DNA from: Clostridia bacterium
GTDB taxonomy: Bacteria; Bacillota; Clostridia; Christensenellales; CAG-314
Assembly: GCA_017500855.1 (NCBI GenBank)
Contig: JAFVYC010000022.1
Span: 13,020-77,019 of the forward strand
DNA: 64,000 nucleotides
Direction: 5' to 3'
This document shows, in pieces, positions 36,449 through 46,430 of this stretch. Each line of letters begins with the position of its first letter. The first letter of the stretch is position 1. The position numbers were made by a program, and so were the translations under genes. The notes beneath the pieces are model-generated. The model was not told where the DNA came from. It saw only the letters and a list, made by a program, of their open reading frames with translations, and ran no database searches.

Positions 36449-37480
36449 CTACTTTTTGTCGCCCTTTCCACTGCCTGTGCCGGGTGCGCTTTCGCCTGTG
36501 CCGGAAATTGCAGTTCTCATGGCTGTGTCAGCTTGGATGTTTTGCATTTGGTAGTAGTCCATGATGCCCAAACGGCCACTGCGGAAAGCATCTGCCATTG
36601 CACGTGGAACTTCGGCTTCGGCTTCTACAACCTTTGCACGCATTTCTTGTGTGTGCGCCTTCATTTCTTGTTCGGTTGCAACAGCCATTGCACGGCGTTC
36701 TTCGGCGTTGGCTTGCGCAATGCGCTTGTCTGCTTCGGCTTGGTCCATTTGAAGTTGCGCACCAATGTTTCTGCCAACGTCTACGTCAGCAATGTCGATG
36801 GACAAAATTTCAAACGCTGTGCCGGCATCCAAACCCTTTGTGAGAACGGTTTTGGAAATGAGGTCGGGGTTTTCCAACACTTCTTTGTGTGTCAAGGAAC
36901 TACCAACCGTGGTAACGATACCTTCGCCAACACGGGCAATGATTGTTTCTTCCCCTGCGCCACCAATCAAGCGGGAAATGTTTGCTCTTACTGTTACACG
37001 TGCTTTAACACGCAATTCAATACCATTTTTTGCAATGGCGGAAATAACCGGTGTTTCAATAACTTTTGGGTTTACGGAAACTTTTACAGCATTCAAAACG
37101 TCACGGCCTGCAAGGTCGATTGCCTTTGCCGATGGCAAGGAAAGTTCAATGTTTGCGCTGTGCGCAGAGATGAGTGCGTTAACAACGTTACTAACGTTAC
37201 CGCCTGCCATGATGTGGCTTTCCAATTCGGAAATGTCAATTTCCAAACCGGCTTTTCTTGCACGGATGTACACGTCTACCAAGGTTTTGTAGCGGATGCG
37301 ACGCACCTTCATACCAACAAGTCTGCCAAGGCCAACGGGCGCACCGCTCACAATGCTTGTGAACCAAGAGCCAAGTGGCAAAAAGAACAGCAAGATCAAA
37401 AACAGCACACCAATAATGATACCCAAAATCAAACCTGGGTCAACAGCCATTGTTTCGGCAAATGCCAACAAATAGTTCAT
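36449..37480 (-). CDS. floA: flotillin-like protein FloA (UPF0365/YqfA family)
   Basis: 343 aa. [10 protein letters not shown]...[32 protein letters not shown]...[29 protein letters not shown] is highly characteristic of FloA. Confidence 0.93.
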   Translation of the reverse strand: MNYLLAFAETMAVDPGLILGIIIGVLFLILLFFLPLGSWFTSIVSGAPVGLGRLVGMKVRRIRYKTLVDVYIRARKAGLEIDISELESHIMAGGNVSNVVNALISAHSANIELSLPSAKAIDLAGRDVLNAVKVSVNPKVIETPVISAIAKNGIELRVKARVTVRANISRLIGGAGEETIIARVGEGIVTTVGSSLTHKEVLENPDLISKTVLTKGLDAGTAFEILSIDIADVDVGRNIGAQLQMDQAEADKRIAQANAEERRAMAVATEQEMKAHTQEMRAKVVEAEAEVPRAMADAFRSGRLGIMDYYQMQNIQADTAMRTAISGTGESAPGTGSGKGDKK

Positions 37481-37507
37481 AAAATTTTACCTCCTAAATT
37501 TTCAATA

Positions 37508-38056
37508 TTATTTTTGAACAACTACAACTCGTTGCCCTTCAACTTGCACAACTGCAACCGTTGCGCCAGCGGAAATGAACCCCTCCCTGGCAACAACGTC
37601 CACAACGGCGTCGTCGAAAGCAACTTTGCCAACAGGTCGCAACGCAGTTTGCGCTGTTCCCGTTTTGCCAAGCAAATGGGAAAAATCCTTGGTGCCTTCC
37701 GTCAAACTTTCCGAAACGGACGACTCGACGTTGAAAATGGCAGTTTTGCCCAATTTGCCCTTGATGATGCCTTTGTGGATGAACACAAACAGCAACGCCA
37801 ACATAACAATTACAAAAAGCACCATGTACAACAGCATCCATCCGTTACCGCCTGCAAGCATGCGCAAAACAATGCCTGCAAGAATAAGCACGATACCGCT
37901 GATGCCGGCAACGCCAAAGCCGGGAGTGAACGCCTCCGCAATGCACAGCGCAAAGCCTACCAAAAGTGCCAAAATCACCCAAGGCGACATACCCGAGAAC
38001 AGCAACAAAAAACTTTCCCAAGCACTAGCCGAAGATGCAAATGCCAAAATGTTCAT
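37508..38056 (-). CDS. NfeD-family membrane protein
   Basis: Start set at the ATG at 38056 (GGAGG SD 6 nt upstream; the track uses a TTG one codon earlier). TM helices are followed by a C-terminal OB-like GKTGTAQTALRPVGKVAFDDAVVDVVAREGFISAGATVAVVQVEGQRVVV. Confidence 0.85.
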   Translation of the reverse strand: MNILAFASSASAWESFLLLFSGMSPWVILALLVGFALCIAEAFTPGFGVAGISGIVLILAGIVLRMLAGGNGWMLLYMVLFVIVMLALLFVFIHKGIIKGKLGKTAIFNVESSVSESLTEGTKDFSHLLGKTGTAQTALRPVGKVAFDDAVVDVVAREGFISAGATVAVVQVEGQRVVVVQK

Positions 38057-38068
38057 CAATTTCCTCCT

Positions 38069-38602
38069 TTATTCTTCAACGTAGGGTTGCAACAATCCCA
38101 CGGAACCATCCTTTCTGCGATACACAACTTCGATTGCGCCGTTTTCTTCGTTGGCGAAAATGTAGAAGTCGTGACCTACCATGTCAAGGTTTTCCGCCGC
38201 TTCTTCAGCAGACATGGGCTTTACGGCAAAACGCTTGACCTTGTTGATTTCCACGGGTTGCATATCCACGTCGGATACAAACTCGTATTCGCTGGGGCGC
38301 TCGGGCATTTTGAAAGACTTGTTGAGTTTTTCTCTGTGCTTTACCAGTTGCCTTTCCAACTTGGGAAGACAGCTGTCGATGTTGTAGTACATTGTGTCGC
38401 CCACAACTTCGGAACGAATGTAAACGCCGTGGTAGCTGATAGAAATTTCCATTTTGCTTTGTCTACCCGTTTCCGACATCACAACTTTGCAAGGCGTTTC
38501 TTTGTCGGGAAAGTACTTGTCTAACCGTCTGAGTTTGCCTTCCAAAATTTGTTCCAATCTGTCTGTTACACGATAGTTTTTTGCAACAATTTCTAATTTC
38601 AT
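38069..38602 (-). CDS. hpf: ribosome hibernation-promoting factor (long form)
   Basis: Start set at the ATG at 38602 (GGAGG SD). 177 aa. An S30AE N-domain (MKLEIVAKNYRVTDRL...) is joined to a C-terminal dimerisation domain (KRFAVKPMSAEEAAENLDMVGHDFYIFANEENGAIEVVYRRKDGSVGLL). Confidence 0.92.
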   Translation of the reverse strand: MKLEIVAKNYRVTDRLEQILEGKLRRLDKYFPDKETPCKVVMSETGRQSKMEISISYHGVYIRSEVVGDTMYYNIDSCLPKLERQLVKHREKLNKSFKMPERPSEYEFVSDVDMQPVEINKVKRFAVKPMSAEEAAENLDMVGHDFYIFANEENGAIEVVYRRKDGSVGLLQPYVEE

Positions 38603-38651
38603 AGTGATACCTCCAACTTTTACTAGGAAAGGCAAAACCTTTCCCATCTAC

Positions 38652-38680
38652 AATATATCACATTTTGAATTCATTTTCAA
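38652..38680 (-). promoter_or_regulatory. hpf promoter
   Basis: Minus strand: TTGAAA (38680-38675), 17 nt, TGaTATATT (hexamer 38657-38652). Confidence 0.5.
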
Positions 38681-38752
38681 GATGTTTTGAAAAAATTTTT
38701 CAAAAAAGTTGCAAGGCGTGGCGCAAAATAGAAACAATTTTGAAAAAGCATA

Positions 38753-38781
38753 TTGACATTTGCCTTTTGCCGTACTATAAT
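38753..38781 (+). promoter_or_regulatory. promoter of the second SGNH lipoprotein gene
   Basis: TTGACA (38753-38758), 17 nt, TATAAT (38776-38781). Confidence 0.65.
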
Positions 38782-38801
38782 ACACGTGCGAGGTGAAAAC
38801 T

Positions 38802-39761
38802 ATGAAAAAATTTGTTTGTATACTTTTGGTTTCCATGTTGTGCATTGCAACGGCGCTTTGCTGTGTTGGATGCGCAAAACCATCCATGAAAAGTTTGATT
38901 GTTGGCGTTGACCAATTCTACTTCCAAAACATGCCACAATTCCAAATTGACATGACGGAGTACGTAAACGACAACGGCGCCGAAATTACCTACGTTGCAA
39001 CAAGCGACAACGAGTGTGTTGAACCGTCGGTAGACGGCACCAAAATTTTGGCAAAAGCCAAGGGCGACGGCACGGCAATTGTCACCATTGATGCAATGGT
39101 TGGCGGAAGCGTGGCGCTCTCGTTGGAGTGGGAAATTGTTTTGCGCCCTTGCAAAACCGTTGTGTGCGTTGGCGACAGTTTGACGCACGGCGCAGGTCGC
39201 TACAACGAAGCCTACCCTGTGTTTCTTCAAGAATACCTTGGCGAAAGCACAAGAGTTGTTAACTGCGGTTTGGACGGAGCCAACATCACAGGCTTTGGCG
39301 GACACGGCAAAACACACCAATACATCAACTTGACAAGCGGAGCAAACCAACAATACCGCACAAGCATTGTTTCCCAACCGGACATCATTGTTATCATGCT
39401 GGGCACAAACGATGCAACCGGCTGGAAGGATGCCGAAGCAACCTACTACCAAGAATTTTGCAAACTTATTGAAAGTTACCAAGAACAATGCCCCAATGCG
39501 CAAATTGTGCTTGTTGTTTCCCCACCAACGTTGAACCCCAACGGCTACAACATCCCCAACGACGTTATCAAAGCCAACGTAAACCCAATTCAACGCCAAC
39601 TTGCCGAGGAGTACGAACTTGTGAGCATTGACATGCGTGAACTGTTTGAAACACACGAAGGTGGCTACGAACAATTCTTTGTGGACGACGGCGTGCATTT
39701 CAACGTGCCCGGCGCACAATTTGTTGCGCAAGAAGTTGCCAACGTTTTGTGGACTTTGTAG
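38802..39761 (+). CDS. SGNH/GDSL-family hydrolase lipoprotein with an N-terminal Ig-like module
   Basis: Start set at the ATG at 38802 (GAGGTG SD). 319 aa. Lipobox VGCA. The N-terminal ~100 aa are beta-rich. Block I is VCVGDSLTHG, block III is MLGTNDA, and block V is DDGVHFN. Confidence 0.8.
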   Translation: MKKFVCILLVSMLCIATALCCVGCAKPSMKSLIVGVDQFYFQNMPQFQIDMTEYVNDNGAEITYVATSDNECVEPSVDGTKILAKAKGDGTAIVTIDAMVGGSVALSLEWEIVLRPCKTVVCVGDSLTHGAGRYNEAYPVFLQEYLGESTRVVNCGLDGANITGFGGHGKTHQYINLTSGANQQYRTSIVSQPDIIVIMLGTNDATGWKDAEATYYQEFCKLIESYQEQCPNAQIVLVVSPPTLNPNGYNIPNDVIKANVNPIQRQLAEEYELVSIDMRELFETHEGGYEQFFVDDGVHFNVPGAQFVAQEVANVLWTL

Positions 39762-39925
39762 TTGTTTTTGCAACACGCATACCTTGTTTTGAAAGGACCC
39801 TATGGAAACACCAGCAAGGCAATGACAATTTGCTGTAGAGTTGGTTGCTGACAATTCTGTAGACACGGCTGTGAGTAGACAACTGGATAATGAAATAGAC
39901 AGAATTGCAAAATAGGAGGATAACG

Positions 39926-40456
39926 ATGAAAAAGAGGATGAGGGCTTTCTACGACGTTTTGGTATATTCTATAGTATGTGTACCATTGATGGTTTTGGCA
40001 ATCATAATTATGGCGATTATGATTTTTCAATGGTATAATGCATGGGTACCTAACCACTTGACAGCATCAATCATTTTAGGAGCTTGTGGCGGAATATGCG
40101 CGGGTGGAACCATTTTGATAAACGGATGTACGATTGATACTGAAGGGTTGCTGTTTTACTATTTCCCGTGGACTACATCATGGAAGAAAGCCAGGGACAA
40201 TATTGATATAAACTGGAATCAAATGACCGACCTTTCTGAAATTGACGGATTTGAAGTGGTTAAGCTAACAGAAGAAGAAAAACAAACCAAGGTGTTCTAC
40301 AAACATCGAAAAAACAAATATTTGAAAATCAACTTGAAAGACGGAAAATGCAAATATGTTTATGTAGGAAACTATTCTGATAAGCAAATAAGGTATATTA
40401 TGGCTCTTGTTAGAATAAATCAACGAGATAATCCTAAATCAACAAAAACAAACTAG
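39926..40456 (+). CDS. hypothetical membrane protein (atypical codon usage)
   Basis: Start set at the ATG at 39926 (AGGAGG SD). 176 aa. Two TM helices are followed by a soluble domain. It uses ATA, AGA/AGG, TTA, CTA and TCA codons that native genes avoid, and no codon-aligned antisense shadow ORF spans it. Confidence 0.6.
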   Translation: MKKRMRAFYDVLVYSIVCVPLMVLAIIIMAIMIFQWYNAWVPNHLTASIILGACGGICAGGTILINGCTIDTEGLLFYYFPWTTSWKKARDNIDINWNQMTDLSEIDGFEVVKLTEEEKQTKVFYKHRKNKYLKINLKDGKCKYVYVGNYSDKQIRYIMALVRINQRDNPKSTKTN

Positions 40457-40515
40457 CCACGTTTTCCACAGGTGCAACTATCCACAAGATAATTGCACCT
40501 TTTCTTTGCACATTC

Positions 40516-40570
40516 CCCCACCACGGGGTGGGGAAAAGGCATCGACAGCAGTCGATGCCTTGTTTTTTTT
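40516..40570. repeat. composite double-hairpin module plus T-run
   Basis: CCCCACC-ACGG-GGTGGGG, then AAGGCATCGAC-agca-GTCGATGCCTT, then T8. Confidence 0.85.
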
Positions 40571-40594
40571 GTTGCGCACCATTGCACGTTTGCT

Positions 40595-40623
40595 ATTGAC
40601 AAACCCCTTGCGGGCGTGTATAA
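40595..40623 (+). promoter_or_regulatory. promoter of the small islet gene
   Basis: TTGACA (40595-40600), 17 nt, TATAAT (40618-40623). Confidence 0.6.
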
Positions 40624-40771
40624 TATTCTACAACAAGCAAAGGGAAATTGAAGTTTCCAAAAATTTCCGATTGAGCACGGCAGGAAAGATACTGCAACTT
40701 TTTGCACGGGCAATTGGACACAACAAGTTGTTGTGTGGGCAAATTGTTGTTTCATTACAAAAGGAGAAAAC

Positions 40772-41014
40772 ATGAAAAAACATTGGGTGGAAAAAGTGAT
40801 ATCCTTGTTGGATCCAATTGGTGTCTATGGCATTGCACCACTAGACGAATATAGCGATACTGCCAAACGTGCGTTGGACATACTAGACAAAGGCAACGCA
40901 GAGATGTTGAAACAATTTTTGCTAGACCAGTATTCCACGCAAGCAGAAGCATCCCTTGCAAAGGTAAACCTTGCAGTTGATCTTATAGTTTTCATAAAAG
41001 AAAATTGCAACTAG
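40772..41014 (+). CDS. small hypothetical protein (DUF1871-like motif)
   Basis: Start set at the ATG at 40772 (AAAGGAG SD). 80 aa. LLDPIGVYGIAPLDEYSDTAKRALDIL resembles the WDPIG...DEYD motif of DUF1871-type small proteins. Codon usage is atypical. Confidence 0.55.
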   Translation: MKKHWVEKVISLLDPIGVYGIAPLDEYSDTAKRALDILDKGNAEMLKQFLLDQYSTQAEASLAKVNLAVDLIVFIKENCN

Positions 41015-41196
41015 AAAAAGCGTGCTAAAACAAAATGGTCTACAAACTTGCAATACGCAGGCGTGAACACTACAATCGTCCATTCTATTTCAAACTAACC
41101 AAAAAAGAACTTGTAGAATTTATTGAAAACTAAACAACATCATGTTCTACACCAGCGCAGTTATCTAGCAGATAGTTGCGTTTTTTTGGCAAAACC

Positions 41197-41241
41197 CCCA
41201 CCACGGGGTGGGAAAAAGGCATCGACTGTTGTCGATGCCTT
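41197..41241. repeat. composite double-hairpin module
   Basis: CCCCACC-ACGG-GGTGGG, then AAGGCATCGAC-tgtt-GTCGATGCCTT. It sits between the convergent genes ending at 41014 and 41270. Confidence 0.85.
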
Positions 41242-41269
41242 GTTTTGTTGATATTCACAAAAAGCAGTT

Positions 41270-43687
41270 TTAGCGGAAGTAGATTTCGCCACAGTTTGCA
41301 TCCACCACAACGGTGCTGCCTTGCTTGATTTTGCCCAAAAGCAATTGTTCGGCAAGGGCATCTTCCACCTTGCGTTGCAAAGCACGCTTTAGGGGGCGTG
41401 CGCCATACTGCTTGTCGAACCCTTGCTTTGCAATGACGGCAATTGCACCGCTTGTGAACTTGAGATCCAAAGTGCCCTTGAGGCGCACAACCAACTTGTA
41501 GCACAGCAGTTCGGCAATTTGCCTTGTTGCATCCTCGTCCAGGTAGTTGAACACCACGGTTTCGTCCACACGGTTCAAAAATTCCGGGCGGAAGAACTTT
41601 TTTAGTGCGTTTTCGGCATTGTCCCGCATGCTGTTGTAGTCGGTTGTTCTGCCAAAGCCCATGGGTGTGGCAGAAGTTGAAACGCCAATGTTACTTGTGA
41701 GAATGATGACGGTGTTGCGGAAATCCACAGTTTTGCCGTGGGAATCGGTAAGCCTGCCTTCGTCCAAAATTTGCAAAAGCAAGTTGAACACGTCCGGGTG
41801 GGCTTTTTCTATTTCGTCGAACAGCACAACGCTGTAGGGTTTGCGATGCACCCTTTCCGTTAGGTAGCCACTTTCTTCGTAGCCTGCGTAGCCCGGGGGC
41901 GCACCAATCAGTTTGGAAGTGGATTGCTTTTCCATGTACTCCGACATGTCAAGGCGAATAACGTCGTTTTCGCTACCGAACAAGGCATCGGCAAGTGCCT
42001 TGGCAAGTTCCGTTTTGCCAACGCCCGTTGGTCCAACAAAAATGAAACTGCCAATTGGTCGATTTGGATCTTTGAGGCCTGCACGTTGACGGCGAACAGC
42101 CAACGAAACGGCTTTGACTGCGTGTGGTTGGCCAATTACTCGCTTGCCAAGTTCTTCTTCCAAATGCACAAGGCGTTGGCGTTCCGTTGCGGTAAGTTGG
42201 CTAACGGGAACACCCGTCCATTGCGAAATTACTTGGCACACGTCCTCGGCAGACAAAACTTTTTTGGCGCTGTTTGCCAAACCGCTGTCGTTCTTGGCAA
42301 ATTGGTAGGTTGCGTACAGCCTGTTGTACTCCTGCGTTAGCCTGTCGGCAAGTGGATGATTGCCTGCATGGATTGCGCCGGAAATTTGCCTTTGAAGCAA
42401 TTTGAGTTGATTTTGCATGTCCAACAACTCCTTGGGCACGGCGTAGGAAGAAATTTTGAGTTTGCTACAAGCCTCGTCGATGACGTCGAAGGCTTTGTCC
42501 GGAAGGAACCTGTCGGCAATGTATCTGACGGACAGCGTCACAGCCGACTGAATGGCTTCGTCGCTGATGACAACGCCGTGGTGTTGCTCGTACTTGGATT
42601 TTACGCCACGCACAATTTCTATTGCCACGTCTACCGACGGTTCGTTGACGGTTATTGGTTGGAAACGGCGTTCCAACGCAGGGTCTTTTTCGATATACTT
42701 GCGATACTCGTTGATGGTTGTTGCGCCAACAATGTGTAACTCGCCACGGGCAAGTGCCGGCTTCAAAATTTCCGCAGCGTCCATTGCGCCGTCGGAAGAA
42801 CTGCCTGCGCCCACCAAGTTGTGAATTTCGTCGATGAACAACACGATGTCGCCAGCCGACACAACCTTGTTGACAACACTCTTCAAGCGTTCTTCAAAAT
42901 CCCCACGGTAGCGTGTGCCTGCAAGCATGCCGGCAATGTCTAGTTCAACAAGTCGCTTGCCTTGAAGGTAGGCAGGAACCGTGCCTTCGGCAATGCGCAT
43001 TGCAAGGCCTTCCACCACGGCTGTTTTGCCCACACCGGGCTCGCCAACCAACACGGGGTTATTTTTGGTGCGACGGCACAGCGTTTGAATGACACGCTCT
43101 GTTTCCAAATCTCTGCCAATGATGGGGTCAAAACCGCCAACGGATGCCTTTTCCGTAAGGTCGAAACCAAACATCAGGCCGTCGGGGTCGGCAACACGTT
43201 CCACCGATGCGCCTGCAGTTTGCAGTTGCTTGCCTTCGTCCGACGGAACGCCCTTGATGTAGCGCAAAAGTTTGTCCTTGTTGGGCAAGGAAGATGCAAC
43301 GTGCTCGAACAAATGTTGTGGGCGTTGGTTGCGCTTTTTCAGCAAGTAGTCAATTTTGTTGTAGGCATAGCAAGTGGGCATGGACAAAATTGCCAACAGC
43401 ATGTGGATGCAGTTGACGTCCTGCTCGCCCATTTCCAATGCAAGCAAAGTTGCTTTGGCACGCATGTCGTCTACTTCTTGAGAGTCGGAAAAGGCGCCAC
43501 CCCTGCCACGTTCGGCAGGTTCTACGTTTTGCGCATTGATGCCAAATTGCTCCAAAAAGGGCCTTGCCTCGTTGTTGGTGTGCACCAACGTGCGCAAGAT
43601 GTGCTTTGTTTCCAATTGCGTGTCCATTCGTGCACGAGCGTACATTCGTGCCGTTTCTAGTACTTGTGTGAATGTGTCCGAATACAT
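41270..43687 (-). CDS. clpC: ATP-dependent Clp protease ATP-binding subunit (ClpC-type AAA+ chaperone)
   Basis: Start set at the ATG at 43687 (GAGG SD; the track extends to a TTG at 43759). 805 aa. It has Clp_N repeats, two Walker A motifs (GEPGVGKT and GPTGVGKT) and a short middle domain, so it is ClpC-like rather than ClpB-like. Confidence 0.9.
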   Translation of the reverse strand: MYSDTFTQVLETARMYARARMDTQLETKHILRTLVHTNNEARPFLEQFGINAQNVEPAERGRGGAFSDSQEVDDMRAKATLLALEMGEQDVNCIHMLLAILSMPTCYAYNKIDYLLKKRNQRPQHLFEHVASSLPNKDKLLRYIKGVPSDEGKQLQTAGASVERVADPDGLMFGFDLTEKASVGGFDPIIGRDLETERVIQTLCRRTKNNPVLVGEPGVGKTAVVEGLAMRIAEGTVPAYLQGKRLVELDIAGMLAGTRYRGDFEERLKSVVNKVVSAGDIVLFIDEIHNLVGAGSSSDGAMDAAEILKPALARGELHIVGATTINEYRKYIEKDPALERRFQPITVNEPSVDVAIEIVRGVKSKYEQHHGVVISDEAIQSAVTLSVRYIADRFLPDKAFDVIDEACSKLKISSYAVPKELLDMQNQLKLLQRQISGAIHAGNHPLADRLTQEYNRLYATYQFAKNDSGLANSAKKVLSAEDVCQVISQWTGVPVSQLTATERQRLVHLEEELGKRVIGQPHAVKAVSLAVRRQRAGLKDPNRPIGSFIFVGPTGVGKTELAKALADALFGSENDVIRLDMSEYMEKQSTSKLIGAPPGYAGYEESGYLTERVHRKPYSVVLFDEIEKAHPDVFNLLLQILDEGRLTDSHGKTVDFRNTVIILTSNIGVSTSATPMGFGRTTDYNSMRDNAENALKKFFRPEFLNRVDETVVFNYLDEDATRQIAELLCYKLVVRLKGTLDLKFTSGAIAVIAKQGFDKQYGARPLKRALQRKVEDALAEQLLLGKIKQGSTVVVDANCGEIYFR

Positions 43688-43783
43688 TTGCAACCTCAAA
43701 AAGCCGTGTGGCTTTGGTGTTAGTACTTTTATTGTACCAAATTGTGCAAACTTTTTCAAGGAAATTACACAAATAACTACTTG

Positions 43784-46300
43784 CTACATCAAGTTTTTTT
43801 GTAGATTTTGCGTTGACTTTTGCAAAAGACGACAAATTTCCATTGCAAACGACGGCACAGCCGACAAAATTGCCACCCAAACCCAAAGGTAGGGGGAAAG
43901 GTTTTGTAGCCCAAACAGCACTTGTAACTGTGGCACGAAAGCCACCGTTAGCACAAGCGCCGTAGAAATAAGCAGGGAAAGAAGCAAAAATTTTGTCATT
44001 CCACCGCCAAACAAACCTTTGGACGTGCGCACTTGCAACACGAACAGCAATTGCGAAAGGGAAAGCACTAAAAACGCCATTGTTTGTGCGCTTGTTGGGG
44101 AAACGGCAAGCCCAATTGCAAAGGCAACAAGGGTGGAAATGCCAAACATTGCGCCACCAAGAACAATTTTTGCGCCGTTGCCACTGCTGAAAAAGTTTTC
44201 CGTTGCAGGTTTGGGCGGTTGTTGCATCACGTCGCTTTCCGCCTTGTACACGCCAAGCGCCATGGACGGCAAACCGTCGGTAACAAGGTTGATCCACAGC
44301 AGTTGCATTGCCGAAAGTGGCGACACGTCCCACAAAATCATGGCAACGAACACAAAAAGCACTTCGCCAATGTTGCACGAAAGCAAGTAGCAAACGGTTT
44401 TTTTGATGTTTTGGTACACGCTTCTGCCAAGGGCAACGGCATCCACAATGGTGGCAAAGTTGTCGTCGGCAAGCACCATGTCACTGCTGTTTTTGGCAAC
44501 TTCCGTGCCACTGCCCATTGCGCAACCAATGTTGGAGGCTTTGAGCGCAGGCGCATCGTTGACACCGTCGCCCGTCATTGCAACAACGCCCTTGTTTTGT
44601 TGCCACGCCTTGACAATTCGCAGTTTGTCCGACGGGGAAACACGTGCAAAAACGGCAACACGTGGTACGTTTTTTGCCAATTCTTCATCCGTCCAAGTTG
44701 CCAAGGTTTGCCCGTCTACTGCCAAATCGTTTTGCCCCAAAATGCCAACTTGCCTTGCAATTTCCTTGGCTGTTTCCAAGTTGTCGCCTGTGATCATCAC
44801 GGGGCGAATGCCTGCCGACTTGCAAGTTTCCACGGCAGGTTTGCTTTGTGGGCGTGGTGGATCAACAATTGTGAGCAATGCAACAACGTTCAAGTTTTGT
44901 TCCAAACTGCCGTTGCGTGGAAAGTTGTGCTCTACCTTTTTTACCGACAAAGCAAGCACCCGAAGCCCCTTTCTTGTGTACACGTGGTACTGTTTTTGAA
45001 AACTTTGGCACACGTTGCAACGGCTTTGCATAACTTCGAAACTGCCCTTTGTGATGGCGTAGTGAATACCGTTTGCGCACACAACCACCGTCATCATCTT
45101 GCGATTGCTGTCGAATGGAATTTCGAACAGCCGACTTGCCTTTGGCGCTTCCGTTTGGCAGCATACTGCCACTTCCGTTGGATCTCCAAGCCACACTCCA
45201 TCGGCATTTTGCACGGCATCACTGCACCACGTGTAGGCAATTTTGTGGAAATTGTCCTTGGCAACGTTTTGCGCAAGTTGAAAAGTTGTGCCATCGAAAA
45301 TGCCGTGAAGCGTCATTTTGTTTTGCGTGAGTGTGCCCGTTTTGTCGGTGCAAATGACAGTTGCGCTACCCAATGCTTCCACGGCAGTAAGCCTTTTGAC
45401 AATGGCGTTTTTTTGCGCCATTTTTTGAATGCCTTGCGCAAGCACCACGGTGACAACCGCAGGAAGCCCTTCCGGGATGGCGGCAACTGCAAGGGAAACG
45501 GACGTCAGAAACACGTCCAAAAACACTTGCAACACGCTTCCACCCCTGACTAGTCCCTTGACAAAGCCCACAACAAGCACAACGGCGCACACGGCAACGC
45601 ACACCATGCCAATGTACTTGGAAAGTTGCTTTAACTTTTGTTGCAACGGCGTCAAAACTGCCTTTTCCGAAGCAAGCAAGTGGGCAATTTTGCCAATTTC
45701 CGTGTTGTTTGCCGTTGCCGTGACCTTTGCCACACACTTGCCCTTGGCAACAAAGCACCCTGCAAAAATTTTGCCTTTGTTGCCCAAAGCCCCGTGTTGC
45801 TTTTCCACAGCAAGGCTTTCGCCGGAAAGTGGCGATTCGTCCACAGCCAAATTGCTACTTTGCAACAGCGTGCAATCGGCTGTGACAACGTCGCCCATTT
45901 CCAACAAACACACGTCGCCAACAACGACGTTTTTGCTGTCGATTTTGTAGATTTTGCCACCACGTATCACCGTTGTTTGCGGGGAAGTGAGTTTTTTCAA
46001 ACTTTCCAACGACTGCTCGGCACGATGCTCCTGAATGGCGCCAAGAAGTGCGTTTGCCAACACGATTGCCACAATTATTGCAGGTTCAAGCAAGTCGGTT
46101 GCGTTTCCACCGACAATGGCAACAATTGCCGAAAGCGCCGAAGCAACCAAAAGCACAACAATCATTGTATCGGCAAATTGCGCCAAAAATTTGGCAAAAA
46201 AACTTTGCTTTTTGCCCTGCTCCAACACGTTTGGCCCGTTTTGCGCAAGCAGTTTTTGCGCTTGCTCCTCCGTCAGCCCAAAAAAATCTAGTTTTTCCAC
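43784..46300 (-). CDS. P-type cation-transporting ATPase (P2, Ca2+-ATPase-like)
   Basis: Motifs: SGES, PEGLP, phosphorylation site CTDKTGTLT, and hinge MTGDGVNDAPALK. The start is uncertain. I chose the GTG at 46300 (GGGGAG SD 7 nt upstream); the ORF is open to 46396. Confidence 0.88.
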   Translation of the reverse strand: MEKLDFFGLTEEQAQKLLAQNGPNVLEQGKKQSFFAKFLAQFADTMIVVLLVASALSAIVAIVGGNATDLLEPAIIVAIVLANALLGAIQEHRAEQSLESLKKLTSPQTTVIRGGKIYKIDSKNVVVGDVCLLEMGDVVTADCTLLQSSNLAVDESPLSGESLAVEKQHGALGNKGKIFAGCFVAKGKCVAKVTATANNTEIGKIAHLLASEKAVLTPLQQKLKQLSKYIGMVCVAVCAVVLVVGFVKGLVRGGSVLQVFLDVFLTSVSLAVAAIPEGLPAVVTVVLAQGIQKMAQKNAIVKRLTAVEALGSATVICTDKTGTLTQNKMTLHGIFDGTTFQLAQNVAKDNFHKIAYTWCSDAVQNADGVWLGDPTEVAVCCQTEAPKASRLFEIPFDSNRKMMTVVVCANGIHYAITKGSFEVMQSRCNVCQSFQKQYHVYTRKGLRVLALSVKKVEHNFPRNGSLEQNLNVVALLTIVDPPRPQSKPAVETCKSAGIRPVMITGDNLETAKEIARQVGILGQNDLAVDGQTLATWTDEELAKNVPRVAVFARVSPSDKLRIVKAWQQNKGVVAMTGDGVNDAPALKASNIGCAMGSGTEVAKNSSDMVLADDNFATIVDAVALGRSVYQNIKKTVCYLLSCNIGEVLFVFVAMILWDVSPLSAMQLLWINLVTDGLPSMALGVYKAESDVMQQPPKPATENFFSSGNGAKIVLGGAMFGISTLVAFAIGLAVSPTSAQTMAFLVLSLSQLLFVLQVRTSKGLFGGGMTKFLLLSLLISTALVLTVAFVPQLQVLFGLQNLSPYLWVWVAILSAVPSFAMEICRLLQKSTQNLQKNLM

Positions 46301-46372
46301 AGTCACACTCCCCTGTTTATACGCTTGTTCATTGTATGCAACGGTGTGGAAAACTAGACTTTGGCAAGGCGC

Positions 46373-46410
46373 AAAAAAAAGCCCAACACGCAACACGTGT
46401 TGGGCTTTTT
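46373..46410. terminator. bidirectional intrinsic terminator after the hydrogenase gene
   Basis: A8, stem GCCCAACACG / CGTGTTGGGC, then T5. Confidence 0.7.
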
Positions 46411-46430
46411 GACGTTTTGTAGTTTGTTTT

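Noticed and set aside
36446-38524. 692-aa plus-strand ORF.
   Set aside because: It is a codon-aligned shadow spanning floA, nfeD and hpf, which happen to share a frame. It has no SD and a low-complexity translation.
38775-39866. 363-aa minus-strand ORF.
   Set aside because: It lies antisense to the SGNH lipoprotein gene (offset 18). The plus-strand gene has a consensus promoter, an SD, a lipobox and the SGNH blocks.
43350-44393. 347-aa minus-strand ORF bridging the clpC and P-type ATPase genes.
   Set aside because: It is on the same strand but out of frame with both well-supported genes. The translation is Arg/Cys/Trp-rich with no SD. It is an alternative-frame artefact.
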